Positions 1-10,821 of a DNA stretch of 64,000 nucleotides are shown here, in pieces. The translations under genes were made by a program, and so were the position numbers. Origin of the DNA: Nitrospirota bacterium (GTDB taxonomy: Bacteria; Nitrospirota; Nitrospiria; Nitrospirales; Nitrospiraceae); contig CAVPBK010000009.1 of assembly GCA_963701855.1 (NCBI GenBank), positions 288,001 through 352,000 on the forward strand, read 5' to 3'. The stretch's first letter is position 1. Each line of letters opens with the position of its first letter. The notes below the pieces were generated by a model, which was given only the letters and a program-made list of their open reading frames with translations, was not told the origin of the DNA and ran no database searches.

Positions 1-2118
1 TACGTTCACGTTCATGTGATACCCCGTAGCACCAAAAAACGCGTCGAGTATGCCACGTAGGTTCTTGATTCTATCCTCTTCGATCCTCCCAAGGCCCTCC
101 GGCAGTAACGTTGTCGTGAGTGAAATGCCGTCAGCGGCGTCGCGGTATGGAATTTTGGCCACCGAAGCAGCCGATGCATGAACGCCGTGCTTGTCGCGTC
201 CGTGCATCGGATTGGCGCCTGGAGCGAACGGCTGCCCCTTCCTCCGCCCATCCGGGGTGTTGCCGGTATTCTTTCCGTAGACAACATTTGACGTGATGGT
301 CAGGATCGATTGTGTGTGCAGGGCATGTCGATAGGTCGGATATTTCCTCAGCTTCTTCATGAACGTACTGACAACCCAGGTCGCCATCTGGTCGACGCGG
401 TTGTCGTTATTTCCAAACTGCGGGAACTCGCCTTCGGTTTGATAGTCGGTAATCAGGCCCGTTTGATCGCGGATCACGCGGACCTTGGCATATCGGATAG
501 CGGAGAGGCTATCGGCAACCACCGACAGACCTGCCATACCAAACGCCATAGTTCGCAACGGTGCATAATCGTGGAGGGCCATTTCAATCCGCTCATATGC
601 ATATTTGTCGTGCATGTAGTGGATGATATTCATGGCATTGACGTAGACCCCGGCGAGCCAGTCCATCATCGTCTCGAAGCGATCGATCATGTCCTCGATA
701 TCGAGGTACTCGCCCTTGACTGGCTCGGTTGCCGGACCCACCTGCTTGCCGGTGAGTTCATCGCGGCCACCATTGATCGAGTACAAGAGGCATTTTGCCA
801 TATTGGCTCGAGCGCCGAAGAACTGCATTTGTTTGCCGACCAGCATCGGAGAGACACAGCAGGCGATGGCGCCGTCATCCCCCCAGGTACTTCGCATAAT
901 CTCGTCGTTTTCGAATTGAATTGAACTGGTGTCGATCGCCACTTTTGCAGCAAAACTGCGAAATCCATCGGGAAGACGCGGGGAATACCAGATCGTCAGG
1001 TTTGGTTCCGGCGCCGGACCGAGATTGGAGAGCGTTTGCAGATACCGAAAGCTTGTCTTGGTGACGAGTGGCCGTCCGTCATCTCCCATGCCGGCAATCG
1101 ATTCGGTGACCCATGTTGGGTCACCCGCAAACAGTTCATCGTATTCAGGCGTGCGCAAAAAACGAACGATTCGCAGCTTGATGACAAAATCATCGATGAT
1201 TTCCTGCGCCTGCTGTTCCGTGATCGCGCCGGCCGCAAGGTCGCGCTCGAAATAGATATCCAGAAACGTCGAGGTCCGCCCCAAAGACATCGCCGCGCCG
1301 TTCTGCTCTTTCACCGCAGCCAAGTAAGCGAAGTACAGCCACTGAACAGCCTCGCGTGACGTGCGAGCCGGAACGGAGATATCGAACCCGTACTTCGAGG
1401 CCATCTGCTGAAGTTCCTCGAGTGCGCGAATCTGTTCACTGAGCTCTTCGCGGTCCCGAATGATCTCATCGGTGGACATGGCCGAATCGAGGCCGCATTT
1501 CTCTTCCTGCTTTCGTTCAATGAGCCGGGCGACACCGTAGAGGGCAACTCGGCGATAATCGCCGATGATTCGACCTCGACCATAGGCGTCAGGAAGCCCG
1601 GTCAAAATATGCGAACTGCGGCAATTTCTGACGTCCGCCGTGTAGGCATCGAACACGGCTTCGTTATGAGTCTTTCGATATTTGGTAAAGGTCTCAACTA
1701 GATGTGGCTCTGGTTCGTATCCGTATGTCTTCAGCGCGTTGAGAACCATCCGGAATCCGCCGTTTGGCATGATTGCCCGCTTGAGCGGCGCATCGGTTTG
1801 TAGGCCGACGATCACTTCATGATCTCGATCGATGTACCCTGGAGCATGCGCCGTGATGGAGCTGGGAATCTGAGAGATATCGAGTACCCCCTTCTTGCGC
1901 TCCTCCACAAAAAGGTCAGTGAGGATTTTCCAGATCTTCTTGGTACGCTCGGTTGCCGGAGCGAGAAATGAATGATCTCCTTCGTATGGTTTGTAATTCT
2001 GCTGGATAAAGTTGCGAACATTGATTTCCCTTTGCCAAAGACCCGGATTGAATCCCTCCCAGCCTGGAGCTATCTTGGCGCGGTTGGATTCAGGTTTCGC
2101 TGAAACAGAGGTAGCCAT
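1..2118 (-). CDS. pflB: Pyruvate formate-lyase (formate C-acetyltransferase), 3' end runs off the window
   Basis: Not in the ORF track because it has no stop in the window. Manual translation from ATG 2118 (RBS AGGAGGAG) gives [22 protein letters not shown], the active-site Cys pair [20 protein letters not shown] and [11 protein letters not shown], and stays open to base 1. Confidence 0.95.
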   Translation of the reverse strand, partial: MATSVSAKPESNRAKIAPGWEGFNPGLWQREINVRNFIQQNYKPYEGDHSFLAPATERTKKIWKILTDLFVEERKKGVLDISQIPSSITAHAPGYIDRDHEVIVGLQTDAPLKRAIMPNGGFRMVLNALKTYGYEPEPHLVETFTKYRKTHNEAVFDAYTADVRNCRSSHILTGLPDAYGRGRIIGDYRRVALYGVARLIERKQEEKCGLDSAMSTDEIIRDREELSEQIRALEELQQMASKYGFDISVPARTSREAVQWLYFAYLAAVKEQNGAAMSLGRTSTFLDIYFERDLAAGAITEQQAQEIIDDFVIKLRIVRFLRTPEYDELFAGDPTWVTESIAGMGDDGRPLVTKTSFRYLQTLSNLGPAPEPNLTIWYSPRLPDGFRSFAAKVAIDTSSIQFENDEIMRSTWGDDGAIACCVSPMLVGKQMQFFGARANMAKCLLYSINGGRDELTGKQVGPATEPVKGEYLDIEDMIDRFETMMDWLAGVYVNAMNIIHYMHDKYAYERIEMALHDYAPLRTMAFGMAGLSVVADSLSAIRYAKVRVIRDQTGLITDYQTEGEFPQFGNNDNRVDQMATWVVSTFMKKLRKYPTYRHALHTQSILTITSNVVYGKNTGNTPDGRRKGQPFAPGANPMHGRDKHGVHASAASVAKIPYRDAADGISLTTTLLPEGLGRIEEDRIKNLRGILDAFFGATGYHMNVNV

Positions 2119-2134
2119 GGTACTTCTCCTCCTG

Positions 2135-3320
2135 TTAACGCAATTTAAGCAGGTTTGCCGTATGCCGGGCGATCATCAATTCCTCATTGGTGGGGATCAC
2201 CCACACGGAGACCTTGCTTTGGAGCGTCGAGATCCGCGGACCTTTTCGGGCATTTGCCTGCGTATCGAGTGCGACGCCCAACCATGCCGACGCTTCGCAG
2301 ATCCGCTGGCGAATCGCCGGCGAGTTTTCGCCGATGCCGGCGGTAAACACGAGGGCATCGACCCCGCATAGAACGGCGGCGAGTGCACCGATCTCCTTGG
2401 CGGCGCGATAGACAAAGTAGTCCACCGCAAGCCGCGCTTCCGGCTCGGCTCGTCCCAGCAGGTCGCGCATATCGTTGCTGATCCCTGAGATCCCCAAAAG
2501 ACCGGACTTTTTGTACAGCACAGTTTCTACTTCTTTCGCTGAGAGTTTCAGGCCTTGAAAGAGATGCAGCACGACGCCTGGATCGAGCGTGCCGGGCCTC
2601 GTACCCATACAGAGACCATCAAGCGGAGTGAAGCCGAGCGTGCAATCGACGCTTTTCCCTCCTCGCAGCGCGCATAAGCTCGCCCCGCTTCCGAGATGTG
2701 CGACGATGACGCGGGCATTGGCAATTTCTGGAGCGACCTCCGGCAAAACCGACGCGATATATTCGTAAGACAAGCCATGAAAGCCGTATCGTTGCAGACC
2801 TGCTTGGCGAAGGTCACGCGGGAGCGGGATCAGTTCGGCAACGGCGGGTTGTCCACGATGAAAGCTGGTATCGAAGCATGCCACCTGCGGCACATCGGGC
2901 AATCGTTCGGAGACGGCTTCGATGGCTGCCAGATTGTGAGGCTGATGAAGGGGCGCCAGTGGAATCAACTCGCGAAGCTCCGTAAGGACTTTCGGGTTCA
3001 AGATTGTCGGCCCGGCGAAATGCGCCCCACCGTGGACGACGCGATGGCCGACGCCCACCACTCGCGAGCCGCCATATTTCGATCTCAGCCACACCGCGCT
3101 CGCATTTATGGCCTCACGACCGTCGCGAGCGGCAACATCCTGGTTTGCCAAGCGGTTCTCCGTCGGCGTCTTTCACAGAGAGACGAGGTGACGTGCCGAT
3201 TCCTTCGATTTGGCCCCGCGCTTCCACGCGCCAGGCTTCGCCAGCCGGTCGCTGAAACACGCAGAACTTCAGACTCGACGATCCTGCATTGACCACCAGC
3301 CCATAGTCGTCCACGGCCAC
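2135..3320 (-). pseudogene. ackA: Acetate kinase split by a single frameshift near 3150 (true lesion or sequencing error)
   Basis: N-terminus VVNAGSSSLKF in ORF 3114..3320. The rest (GHRVVHGG, APLHQP, FDTSFH, RYGFHGLS, HLGSGAS, FTAGIGEN, IPTNEE) is in ORF 2135..3151, in another frame. Confidence 0.9.
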
Positions 3321-3323
3321 CTC

Positions 3324-4256
3324 CTACGGCCTCTTCCGCCGCGCATGAGCCACCAATACTGCAACGGCACAACTGGCGATCCTGGCACGCACGCTATCGG
3401 CCCGGCTGGTTAGGATAATGGGAACCCGTGCACCCAGGACCATGCCTGCGCTGTCGGCTTTGGCAAGAAAGCTCAATTGCTTGGCAAGCATGTTACCCGC
3501 TTCCAAATCAGGGGCGAGCAAGATGTCGGGATCGCCGGCAACCGCGGATTGAATGCCTTTTGTCTCGGCTGCTTCCTTGCTGATGGCGTTGTCAAATGCC
3601 AGTGGTCCATCCAGGATGCCATTCTTGATCTGCCCACGATCAGCCATCTTGCAGAGCGCCGCCGCATCGATCGTGGCCGGCATTTTTGACGTAACAATTT
3701 CAACCGCGGCGAGGATGGCCACCTTGGGTCTTTCCAGACCCAAAGAGACTGCGAGATCGATTGCGTTCTGGCAGATATCAACCTTGTCCTCCAGACCAGG
3801 CGCGATATTGATCGCGCCGTCCGTAATGAGCAGAGGCTTGTGATAAGTCGGGACATCCATGAGGAAGGCGTGGCTGATGCGGCGTCCCGTGCGCAATCCA
3901 CCCTCGCGCGAGACGACCGCGCCCATGAGCTCATCCGTGTGCAGGCTTCCCTTCATCAGAATCTCAGCTCGACCTTCTCGAATGAGGGCAACAGCCTTCT
4001 CTGCTGCCGCATGGCTGTGCGGTACATCGATGATCTCCAGGTTCTTGAGATCGATGCCGGACGCCGCTGCCGTCTTTCTAATGCTGGCGGCTGGTCCAAC
4101 CAACAGCGGTATGATCAATCCTCGCTGGTACGCTTCGACCGCTCCGCTCAAGGCCGTCGCTTCACAGGGATGTGCCACCGCGGTAGGAATTGGCTCAAGA
4201 TTTTCGCACCGCGCAAGGAGTTGTTCGTATTTTCCTGTTCCAGTGGCATAGGTCAT
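3324..4256 (-). CDS. pta: Phosphate acetyl/butyryltransferase
   Basis: LMKGSLHT, DGPLAFDNAIS, PDLEAGNMLAK and PIILTSRADS motifs; adjacent to ackA. Confidence 0.9.
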   Translation of the reverse strand: MTYATGTGKYEQLLARCENLEPIPTAVAHPCEATALSGAVEAYQRGLIIPLLVGPAASIRKTAAASGIDLKNLEIIDVPHSHAAAEKAVALIREGRAEILMKGSLHTDELMGAVVSREGGLRTGRRISHAFLMDVPTYHKPLLITDGAINIAPGLEDKVDICQNAIDLAVSLGLERPKVAILAAVEIVTSKMPATIDAAALCKMADRGQIKNGILDGPLAFDNAISKEAAETKGIQSAVAGDPDILLAPDLEAGNMLAKQLSFLAKADSAGMVLGARVPIILTSRADSVRARIASCAVAVLVAHARRKRP

Positions 4257-4259
4257 GGC

Positions 4260-5558
4260 TTATCTCCTCCTTGCGTCGGCTGCCGTCGGTGTGGTGCGTG
4301 CTGCCGATCCCGTCTCTTTCAACAACATGGTCAACACGACCGCGATGGCCACGCCATAGAGAAGAGAGACAAAGGTAGACTGGTAATGCTCCGCCTTCAT
4401 TGGCGAAGCTCCCCCTGACGCGGTGTACAGAATCCAACTGAACACCGGTCCGAGTAAGGCGCTGAACGTAAAATTCAGGAAGTTGATCACACCAGTCGCG
4501 GTGCCACCAAAGTGCGGCGGGTTGGCCTCTTTGATCACGGTGTAGGGCAACATCGCCGCACCGGATGCGATGCCGGCGATAAGGCCTACCGAATACGGAG
4601 GGAACAGGCCCGTCTTCCCGTAGAGGATCCAGCCCAGACACGCGAGCAGCACCAGGGAGGCGCTGATGATCACCGGCTTGCGCCGTCCGATTCGATCGGA
4701 AATAAGTCCAAGCAGGGGGCAACCAATGATCCAACCGAAGGGAACTGCGGCCGAGCGCATGACTGCCGAGCCGTACTCCAGACCATGCGCTTCCTGGAGG
4801 TAGCGGACACCCCAAATCATGTCGAAGATCGTTGTCGGGATGAATAGCAACCCGGAGATCACGCCACACAAAATCGACTGCGGATTCTTGAACACGGTTT
4901 TGAAACCTCTGGCCGTGCTCTTCAATCCACTACCGGGCAGTTTGGTCGGTTCGTCTTTCGGAAGGAGGACAAACAAGATTGCGCCAATCAACAAACCGCC
5001 GACTCCCATTCCTGTCCAAAAGATATTCCAGGCTAACCCGTGCCCGATCAGAGGCCCGACGAGGAACTGTCCTGCCGATCCGCCCCCCATTCCAAACATC
5101 TGGGTGGCGCCGATCAACGTGGCGGCACGCGACGGCGAAAAGTTTGTGGTTGCGATATAGATCGCGCCTACAAGCGCAAAGACTCCGCCGGCGCCCTGCA
5201 TGAACCTCCCGACACTCGCGAAATTGTGGTTGCCTGTCGCAAACAGCAACGCCCCAATACCGACGACAGCCGCCGCTCCTGGCAATAGGCGGCGCGGCCC
5301 AAGTCGATCCATCGCCGCTCCAGCGACCAAACTGAAGGGCGAGTATCCGTAATAGAACAAGCCGACGAGGGAAGCGACAGCGAGCGGGCTGATTCCGAAC
5401 GCATCGCTCAGCTCCGGCATCATCACCGCCGGAGCCGAGCGAAGAGCGTACTGGTAGAAATAGTAGATCGCCGTTAACATCCAGGCAATGACAGCGAGAC
5501 GGACGCTCTTGTGTAAATCTCTCTTGCCTGTCACTTCAATAGTGGCTGCCGTTTCCAT
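4260..5558 (-). CDS. MFS transporter
   Basis: About 12 hydrophobic segments; motif A-like GAAMDRLGPRR and GLISDRIGRRK. Confidence 0.9.
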   Translation of the reverse strand: METAATIEVTGKRDLHKSVRLAVIAWMLTAIYYFYQYALRSAPAVMMPELSDAFGISPLAVASLVGLFYYGYSPFSLVAGAAMDRLGPRRLLPGAAAVVGIGALLFATGNHNFASVGRFMQGAGGVFALVGAIYIATTNFSPSRAATLIGATQMFGMGGGSAGQFLVGPLIGHGLAWNIFWTGMGVGGLLIGAILFVLLPKDEPTKLPGSGLKSTARGFKTVFKNPQSILCGVISGLLFIPTTIFDMIWGVRYLQEAHGLEYGSAVMRSAAVPFGWIIGCPLLGLISDRIGRRKPVIISASLVLLACLGWILYGKTGLFPPYSVGLIAGIASGAAMLPYTVIKEANPPHFGGTATGVINFLNFTFSALLGPVFSWILYTASGGASPMKAEHYQSTFVSLLYGVAIAVVLTMLLKETGSAARTTPTAADARRR

Positions 5559-5585
5559 CAGTTCTCCGTCCGTTGCGCGGCTCGA

Positions 5586-7136
5586 TCAACAGAGCGTCAC
5601 GGAGACGGCCAGTCCGGCCTCGCTCGTTTCCTTGTACTTACTGTTCATTTCCTTGGCGGTCTGAGCCATCGCCGTGATCGTGGCGTCCAAATCAACCCGA
5701 TGTCTGCTTTCGATCTCATTGGTGGCGATCACGTAAGCGGTCCAGGCCTTGACGGCGCCGAAAGCGCATCGCTCAATGCACGGGACCTGAACGAATCCGG
5801 CGACCGGGTCGCAGGTCATTCCCAGATGATGTTCCAGCGCCGACTCCGCCGCGTTCTCGACGACCCGGGGACTCGCGTCGTATGCGGTCGTGAGGAGTGC
5901 CGCGGCCATCGCCGACGCGACGCCGATCTCCGCCTGGCAGCCACCCTCGGCGGCAGATAGCGTCGCATTGTGCTTGCACAGGTAACCAATCGCCGCCGCC
6001 GCAAGCATGCCTTGGCGGATCTTATCTGCCGGAACCTTGCGCTGTTCGCTCAGCCCGTACACCAGGGCTGGCATGACTCCGGCGGACCCTCCTGTCGGCG
6101 CGGTGATGACGAGGTGGCCCCGCGCGTTTTCCTCGGACGCCGCCAGCGCCCACGCCGAGACGACACCAATGGCGCGATCCGTCTCGTATTTATCGTCCAT
6201 GGCGCGTTTGAACACGGTTGCCGCCTTGCTGTGCAGCTTGATGGGGCCAGGCAACACGCTGTCTTCCGGAGCACTCAACCCTGACTTCACAGCGGCGATC
6301 ATCGCGTTCGTGATCTTGTCGATGAAGGCATAGACCTCCGCCTCGCTCCTCCCGGGGATCGCCATCTCGTTGGCGAGGATGACTTGCGCAATCGTCAAGT
6401 TGTTTTTCTCCGCGTGCTGCCGAAGTTCTTTCATCGTCGAGAACGGGTACTTCGGCTGGTTTTTCTTCGGAGGCGTATAGCCTTTCCACTCGATGAATCC
6501 GCCGCCCACAGAGTAGTACTCTTGCTCCAGCAGCACATCCTTTCCTGCCAGGAGCTTGCAGGTCATGGTGTTGGGGTGCGGGAAGTCGCCCTTGGGGGCA
6601 TCGTAGACAATGTCCTTGAGACTCACGCTAACGGTCTTGCTGCCGAGCTTCACCGGAAACGACTGGTCAGGCTTATCGCGCAGGCTGTCGAGAAACGCGG
6701 GGTCAACGGTTGCCGGCTCCTTCCCGACCAACCCCGCGAGCGAGGCACGCTCCGTACCGTGCCCTTTGCCCGTCGCACTGAGGCTGCCATACAAGTGAAC
6801 CTTGAGCGCTGTTGCTTTGTCGAGTGTGTCCGCCGGCAGTTTGGTACAGCGCTGGTAGAATTCGTAGGTAATGCGCATCGGGCCGATCGTGTGCGAGCTC
6901 GAGGGACCAGGCCCGACTTTGTAGAATTCGTCCAGCGTCGTCATCACCGGCCCCTTTTTCTCCTTCACGACGTTCAGATCGTTTGAGAGCGGCGGCGGCG
7001 GCCCTGCAGTGGACCGCTTTGTTCTCTCCTCAGCGCTGACCGGTTGACCCAGTATCACCGCAGTTGCGCCGATCAACGCGCTTCGCATTAAGAAAGTGCG
7101 ACGATCGACACCAGGCGGGATTTCTTGCGAAATCAA
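5586..7136 (-). CDS. sdaA: L-serine dehydratase (Fe-S type, fused beta/alpha) with an N-terminal twin-arginine signal; start uncertain
   Basis: GPGPSSSHTIGPM, YGSLSATGKGHGT, APTGGSAGVMP, GGCQAEIG and MTCDPVAGFVQVPCIER; N-terminal DRRTFL followed by a hydrophobic stretch and VSA. Confidence 0.92.
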   Translation of the reverse strand: MISQEIPPGVDRRTFLMRSALIGATAVILGQPVSAEERTKRSTAGPPPPLSNDLNVVKEKKGPVMTTLDEFYKVGPGPSSSHTIGPMRITYEFYQRCTKLPADTLDKATALKVHLYGSLSATGKGHGTERASLAGLVGKEPATVDPAFLDSLRDKPDQSFPVKLGSKTVSVSLKDIVYDAPKGDFPHPNTMTCKLLAGKDVLLEQEYYSVGGGFIEWKGYTPPKKNQPKYPFSTMKELRQHAEKNNLTIAQVILANEMAIPGRSEAEVYAFIDKITNAMIAAVKSGLSAPEDSVLPGPIKLHSKAATVFKRAMDDKYETDRAIGVVSAWALAASEENARGHLVITAPTGGSAGVMPALVYGLSEQRKVPADKIRQGMLAAAAIGYLCKHNATLSAAEGGCQAEIGVASAMAAALLTTAYDASPRVVENAAESALEHHLGMTCDPVAGFVQVPCIERCAFGAVKAWTAYVIATNEIESRHRVDLDATITAMAQTAKEMNSKYKETSEAGLAVSVTLC

Positions 7137-7359
7137 CCGGTCCGCGCGGCCAAGCGGGCCTTCCTGGCCGGCCTCATGTGTGTGTTCTTCCGAATTGAGA
7201 TCACCAGCCTCGTGTCTTTTCTTTGTTCCTCATGTCGTCCCTCCTTCGTTTGAAGCAATGTAATCTCGTTCGTCAAACTCGTCGACTACCGTGATGAGCG
7301 CAGCCGCCGTTGTTGTGAGCACGGCGCATGTGCGACGCCGGTTCACGGCCGACAAAAGG

Positions 7360-8907
7360 TCACCAATTCCCCAGATTCACGAGGTCGTACTGCAAGACGA
7401 AGTTAAGCCGGATGTCGTCCCCTCGCTCCCCGGTTTTCACCGTATGTTGCCCCCACAAGAGTCCGCCCCCGACCGTGAATCCTGCACCAGGACTGTACAT
7501 CAGATTGCCTTCCGCATACTGGGTGCTCGTGAAGTTACTGTTCGAGTTGAGGGTTACCGTAGGAGACGCGATGTTCGTCGTACTGACATGCAAATATCCA
7601 TAGGTGAATGACGAGCGCCATCGTTCAGCCCAAAAATGCTGATACGAACCAAACGCTCCCCATGCCGGCAGAGCGACAATCGTCCCGTCCGGCTTGACGC
7701 CGACGTCTAGGCCGGTCCCCTCCCCGAGGTCGTTTATGTACCGGGCAATCCCGTCCCCGATGATGCCTTGGACCATGACGTTGTCTTTCTTATAGACCGT
7801 CGCGGCAGCCGACACCATGCCGCCCCATCCGAAGACATGTTTATCAGTCCCCGGAGTGACAAAGCCGCCCAGGTCGCGGAACAACCAGGCATTCTGAATG
7901 TGGAATCGGCTCTGCTCATGGCGGTATCGAAGGACAAAGTCAGGGATCGGGTTGTTTACATTGATGGCTGTGGTTCCACTCGTGACGGTCCCTGGCATTT
8001 GCGTGTTCGGTTGCTCGACAGACACCGCAATATTGTTCTCCTTGTTCATCGCGTAGGTATACCGGACCTGCGGTTGCAGTCTGAAGATCCAGGAGTTCGG
8101 TCCTTCGAAGTCCACCGTGTCCGGAATGGCATCCTGGTCTCCCCAGGCAGTCCAGGTCTGTCCGACGAGTACATTCTGCCATTGACCATAAAAATGGCGC
8201 AGCCGGAAGCTGTTCGTCGTATTCGGGCCGTTGTTGAAGTCGTTCTCATAATAGATGCGCAGGGGGCCGTAATTCGTGTTGTTCCTGATTTCGAAGCTGA
8301 TTCTCGACGGAGCCACACTCATGCTGGTGTTGTCGCTTCCCGGATTGGGACCGGTTGGAATCGATGAGGTCACAAATTTGGACGTATTGCCGGCTGGGCT
8401 GAAATCATGAATCACGTCCGTCCTCGCGAACCCCCCGAGCCGCAACATGGTCTCGGTTCCAGGCAGGCGAAAGAATCCCCTGAGTTGAGGATCGAACGGT
8501 GCATTGTCAAGCCGCGGATCGGCGTAGTTGTCTTGGCGCAGCATCCCGCGCTCGCGTTCATGCTCGGGAACTTCGGCGCTCGTACCCGGCGTCGGACGCT
8601 GGTATCCCTCCTCACGGTTGACGTTGCTCTCGCCAACCTTAGGTGAGCCGCGATCTTTCTTCAGTTCCTCCACCATCTGTTCGAGAGACTTCACCCGTTC
8701 TTTTAACGATTCATCCGACGCCGCTGATGGCGCTGGGCCTTGTCCCGGTTTACCCTGATCTTGGGCCACGGAAAAGGTCGGACACAACAGAACAAGAATT
8801 GAGGCGATCGCGAGAATCGTCCGGACTATCGAGGACACGGGACGCCTTCGTGCGTCGGACGGACAGGTTTCGACCATCTCCTTGTTGGTTAGTTGTGATC
8901 TTCTCAT
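7360..8907 (-). CDS. DcaP-like trimeric outer-membrane porin
   Basis: Signal peptide, short coiled coil, then LRLGGFARTD, FRLRHFYG, GQTWT and PDTVDFEGP...RLQPQVRY; beta-rich C-terminus; RBS AAGGAG before ATG 8907. Confidence 0.8.
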   Translation of the reverse strand: MRRSQLTNKEMVETCPSDARRRPVSSIVRTILAIASILVLLCPTFSVAQDQGKPGQGPAPSAASDESLKERVKSLEQMVEELKKDRGSPKVGESNVNREEGYQRPTPGTSAEVPEHERERGMLRQDNYADPRLDNAPFDPQLRGFFRLPGTETMLRLGGFARTDVIHDFSPAGNTSKFVTSSIPTGPNPGSDNTSMSVAPSRISFEIRNNTNYGPLRIYYENDFNNGPNTTNSFRLRHFYGQWQNVLVGQTWTAWGDQDAIPDTVDFEGPNSWIFRLQPQVRYTYAMNKENNIAVSVEQPNTQMPGTVTSGTTAINVNNPIPDFVLRYRHEQSRFHIQNAWLFRDLGGFVTPGTDKHVFGWGGMVSAAATVYKKDNVMVQGIIGDGIARYINDLGEGTGLDVGVKPDGTIVALPAWGAFGSYQHFWAERWRSSFTYGYLHVSTTNIASPTVTLNSNSNFTSTQYAEGNLMYSPGAGFTVGGGLLWGQHTVKTGERGDDIRLNFVLQYDLVNLGNW

Positions 8908-8999
8908 GGCAATTCTCCTTGTCGTTGAGGTCACTGCCCACTGTCTGCCGCAGCCTTGCATGGCTGAATGGGAAAGGATCCCTTGAATCGCAGATCGAG

Positions 9000-9145
9000 C
9001 GGTGTCTTGTCTGGTCTCGGCTCAGCATGGGGGTCCTGCCGGAGCATCATCTCAGGAACGAGTCCGAGGACACGGTCAATCGTGGCATTAGGCTCATCGT
9101 CACGATAAGCACCCTAGTTCTAGGCTTGGTCACGGCCTCAGCCAG
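9000..9145 (+). pseudogene. Fragment of a DUF4239-like membrane protein
   Basis: LPEHHLRNESEDTVNRGIRLIVTISTLVLGLVTASA resembles the N-terminal part of that family; no start, and it ends abruptly against the next fragment. Confidence 0.5.
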
Positions 9146-9340
9146 TCAAAGGAATCTGAGCGGCCAGAAATTCTTGGCCTCCGCGTCGGTGAGAATCCTA
9201 TTGGCGGCGACGATGAGCTTCTTGTCGGCTTTGATTTTCTCTTTCAGAATGTCCATGTTCATCTGCTCAGCCTGCTGAGCATGAACCGGCCCTAGAATGA
9301 GAAACGACAGCATGAGCATCCCGATCTGCAGAATCATCAT
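9146..9340 (-). pseudogene. 3'-truncated paralog of the exported helical protein at 41164..41643
   Basis: MMILQIG...QMNMDILKEKIKADKKLIVAAN..LTDAEAKNFWPL matches the first ~60 aa of the 41.2-41.6 kb gene, then stops. Confidence 0.8.
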
Positions 9341-9404
9341 GATACGTTCTCCTCCCTTGGTTAATTCACGACCGGCCATAGACATATCTCGACGGTAGCT
9401 ACGC

Positions 9405-10043
9405 CTACAACACCGGCTTAATCTCGACGAATGGGGTGACCTCTTTCACCCCTTCGGTGGCGCGGATGATGCGCAGGACGCTCTGCCGCTCATCCTCGCT
9501 CCGAGACCGGCCGATGAGGTACACGACGTTCCGGACCGACCGCCACCGGTAGTTGACCGAGTTGATACCGCGAGTCGAGATCAACTGCGCGTTGATCTTC
9601 GTTTCGATCCAAAAATCGTTGACGGTCTGTTCGACGCCGCTTTTCTGGGAAGCGTCCTTGTTCTTGGCCGCCTCCCGCCGCTGTTCCTGCTCCGCCTTGG
9701 ACACAAGCTGGATCTCGTCGTAGATCTTTCGTATGCGGGGATCCGACTGCTGGACTAGTTGGACCACGTCCTTCTTCATCTTGGCATCGTCGAGCGTGCC
9801 AGTCAGCATCACCCGCTGCTCCCAGACGTCCGTCTTGACGTCGAGCAGCAGACTTTTATCCTTGTCAGCCAGGGCGGAGAGGATACCGGTGTCGATCTTC
9901 GCATCAAGGATATGATCGTCATTGGAACGATCTTCCAGGGCCGTTTTGGCCGCTTGCTCATAGACCTGCATGCATCCGGTCGCGCCGAGCACGGCGACCC
10001 CCGCCACAGTGACCAAGACCATCCGTGCAATACATTGATTCAT
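9405..10043 (-). CDS. Dual BON-domain lipoprotein
   Basis: Lipobox-like LGATGC; two BON-like repeats (DHILDAKID...VMLTG; DFWIETKIN...VYLIG...EGVKEV). Confidence 0.8.
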   Translation of the reverse strand: MNQCIARMVLVTVAGVAVLGATGCMQVYEQAAKTALEDRSNDDHILDAKIDTGILSALADKDKSLLLDVKTDVWEQRVMLTGTLDDAKMKKDVVQLVQQSDPRIRKIYDEIQLVSKAEQEQRREAAKNKDASQKSGVEQTVNDFWIETKINAQLISTRGINSVNYRWRSVRNVVYLIGRSRSEDERQSVLRIIRATEGVKEVTPFVEIKPVL

Positions 10044-10077
10044 GATGTCCTCCCCTTTTGTTGAGTGCATGGCATTA

Positions 10078-10232
10078 GCAGGATGCTGAAAAAGTCCGCC
10101 AGCGTTATTGAAAGGTTAAGGCTGAGGCTAAGGTTGAGCAAACAAGAACCTGTTCGATGCTTAACCTTAACCTCCACCTAAGCCTTCTTCATTTGCTGCG
10201 GCCTTGCTGAACAGCCTTTTTGAGCATCCTGC
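10078..10232. repeat. Small palindromic element with GCAGGATGCT(G/C)AAAAA terminal inverted repeats and an internal hexamer hairpin
   Basis: gcaggatgctgaaaaag...ctttttgagcatcctgc; internal ggttaa/ggctga versus cttaac/ctcaac-type repeats. Confidence 0.75.
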
Positions 10233-10821
10233 GACTATTTTGACATCGGCATCCACACCGTTTACAAACCTGGCCCTTTGGGCTCAGTTCGAGCGCTCCT
10301 TCTCGACTGAACGATCGACGGTCAAGAAAACCTAGTTCCATGTGAGTCCTGGACATTCGAGCACGATGTCATCGAATGCGCTGCCCGGCGAGCGAGGAAT
10401 TTTTCCCTGACTTGCTGATCAAGGCGGTACATATTGGGGACTCATATATCAACTGCTGAAGAAATGCAATGCACAGTCACCGCGTCGTGCAGCTAGAGCG
10501 CCAGGCAATGTTCGGGAGACTGCGTAGCAGCATAAATTCGGATTAACAAAGGGTTAAGCATTTCGAAGAGCTACTCGTGTAATGCGACTCAATCATGTGG
10601 TGGGGTGTTTAGGGGCAACCACGTACTGTATGGTTGCCCCTAATTTCCAGAATTAAGCCCGATGGTTCCCATCGAGTTGAAGCGGCTCAGGCACAGCTTC
10701 TCTTTTCAGAATGTCAAAACCCCAAAGAGAGTTTCCGGCATATGGCTGCTATATAGCTGGTCTTTCTCACAACCGCTCTCGGAAGGCGAATTCGATCAAT
10801 AGAATTGCCGCTGATACCATA

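Noticed and set aside
3140..3165. Programmed ribosomal frameshift in ackA
   Set aside because: No slippery heptamer or homopolymer run at the junction
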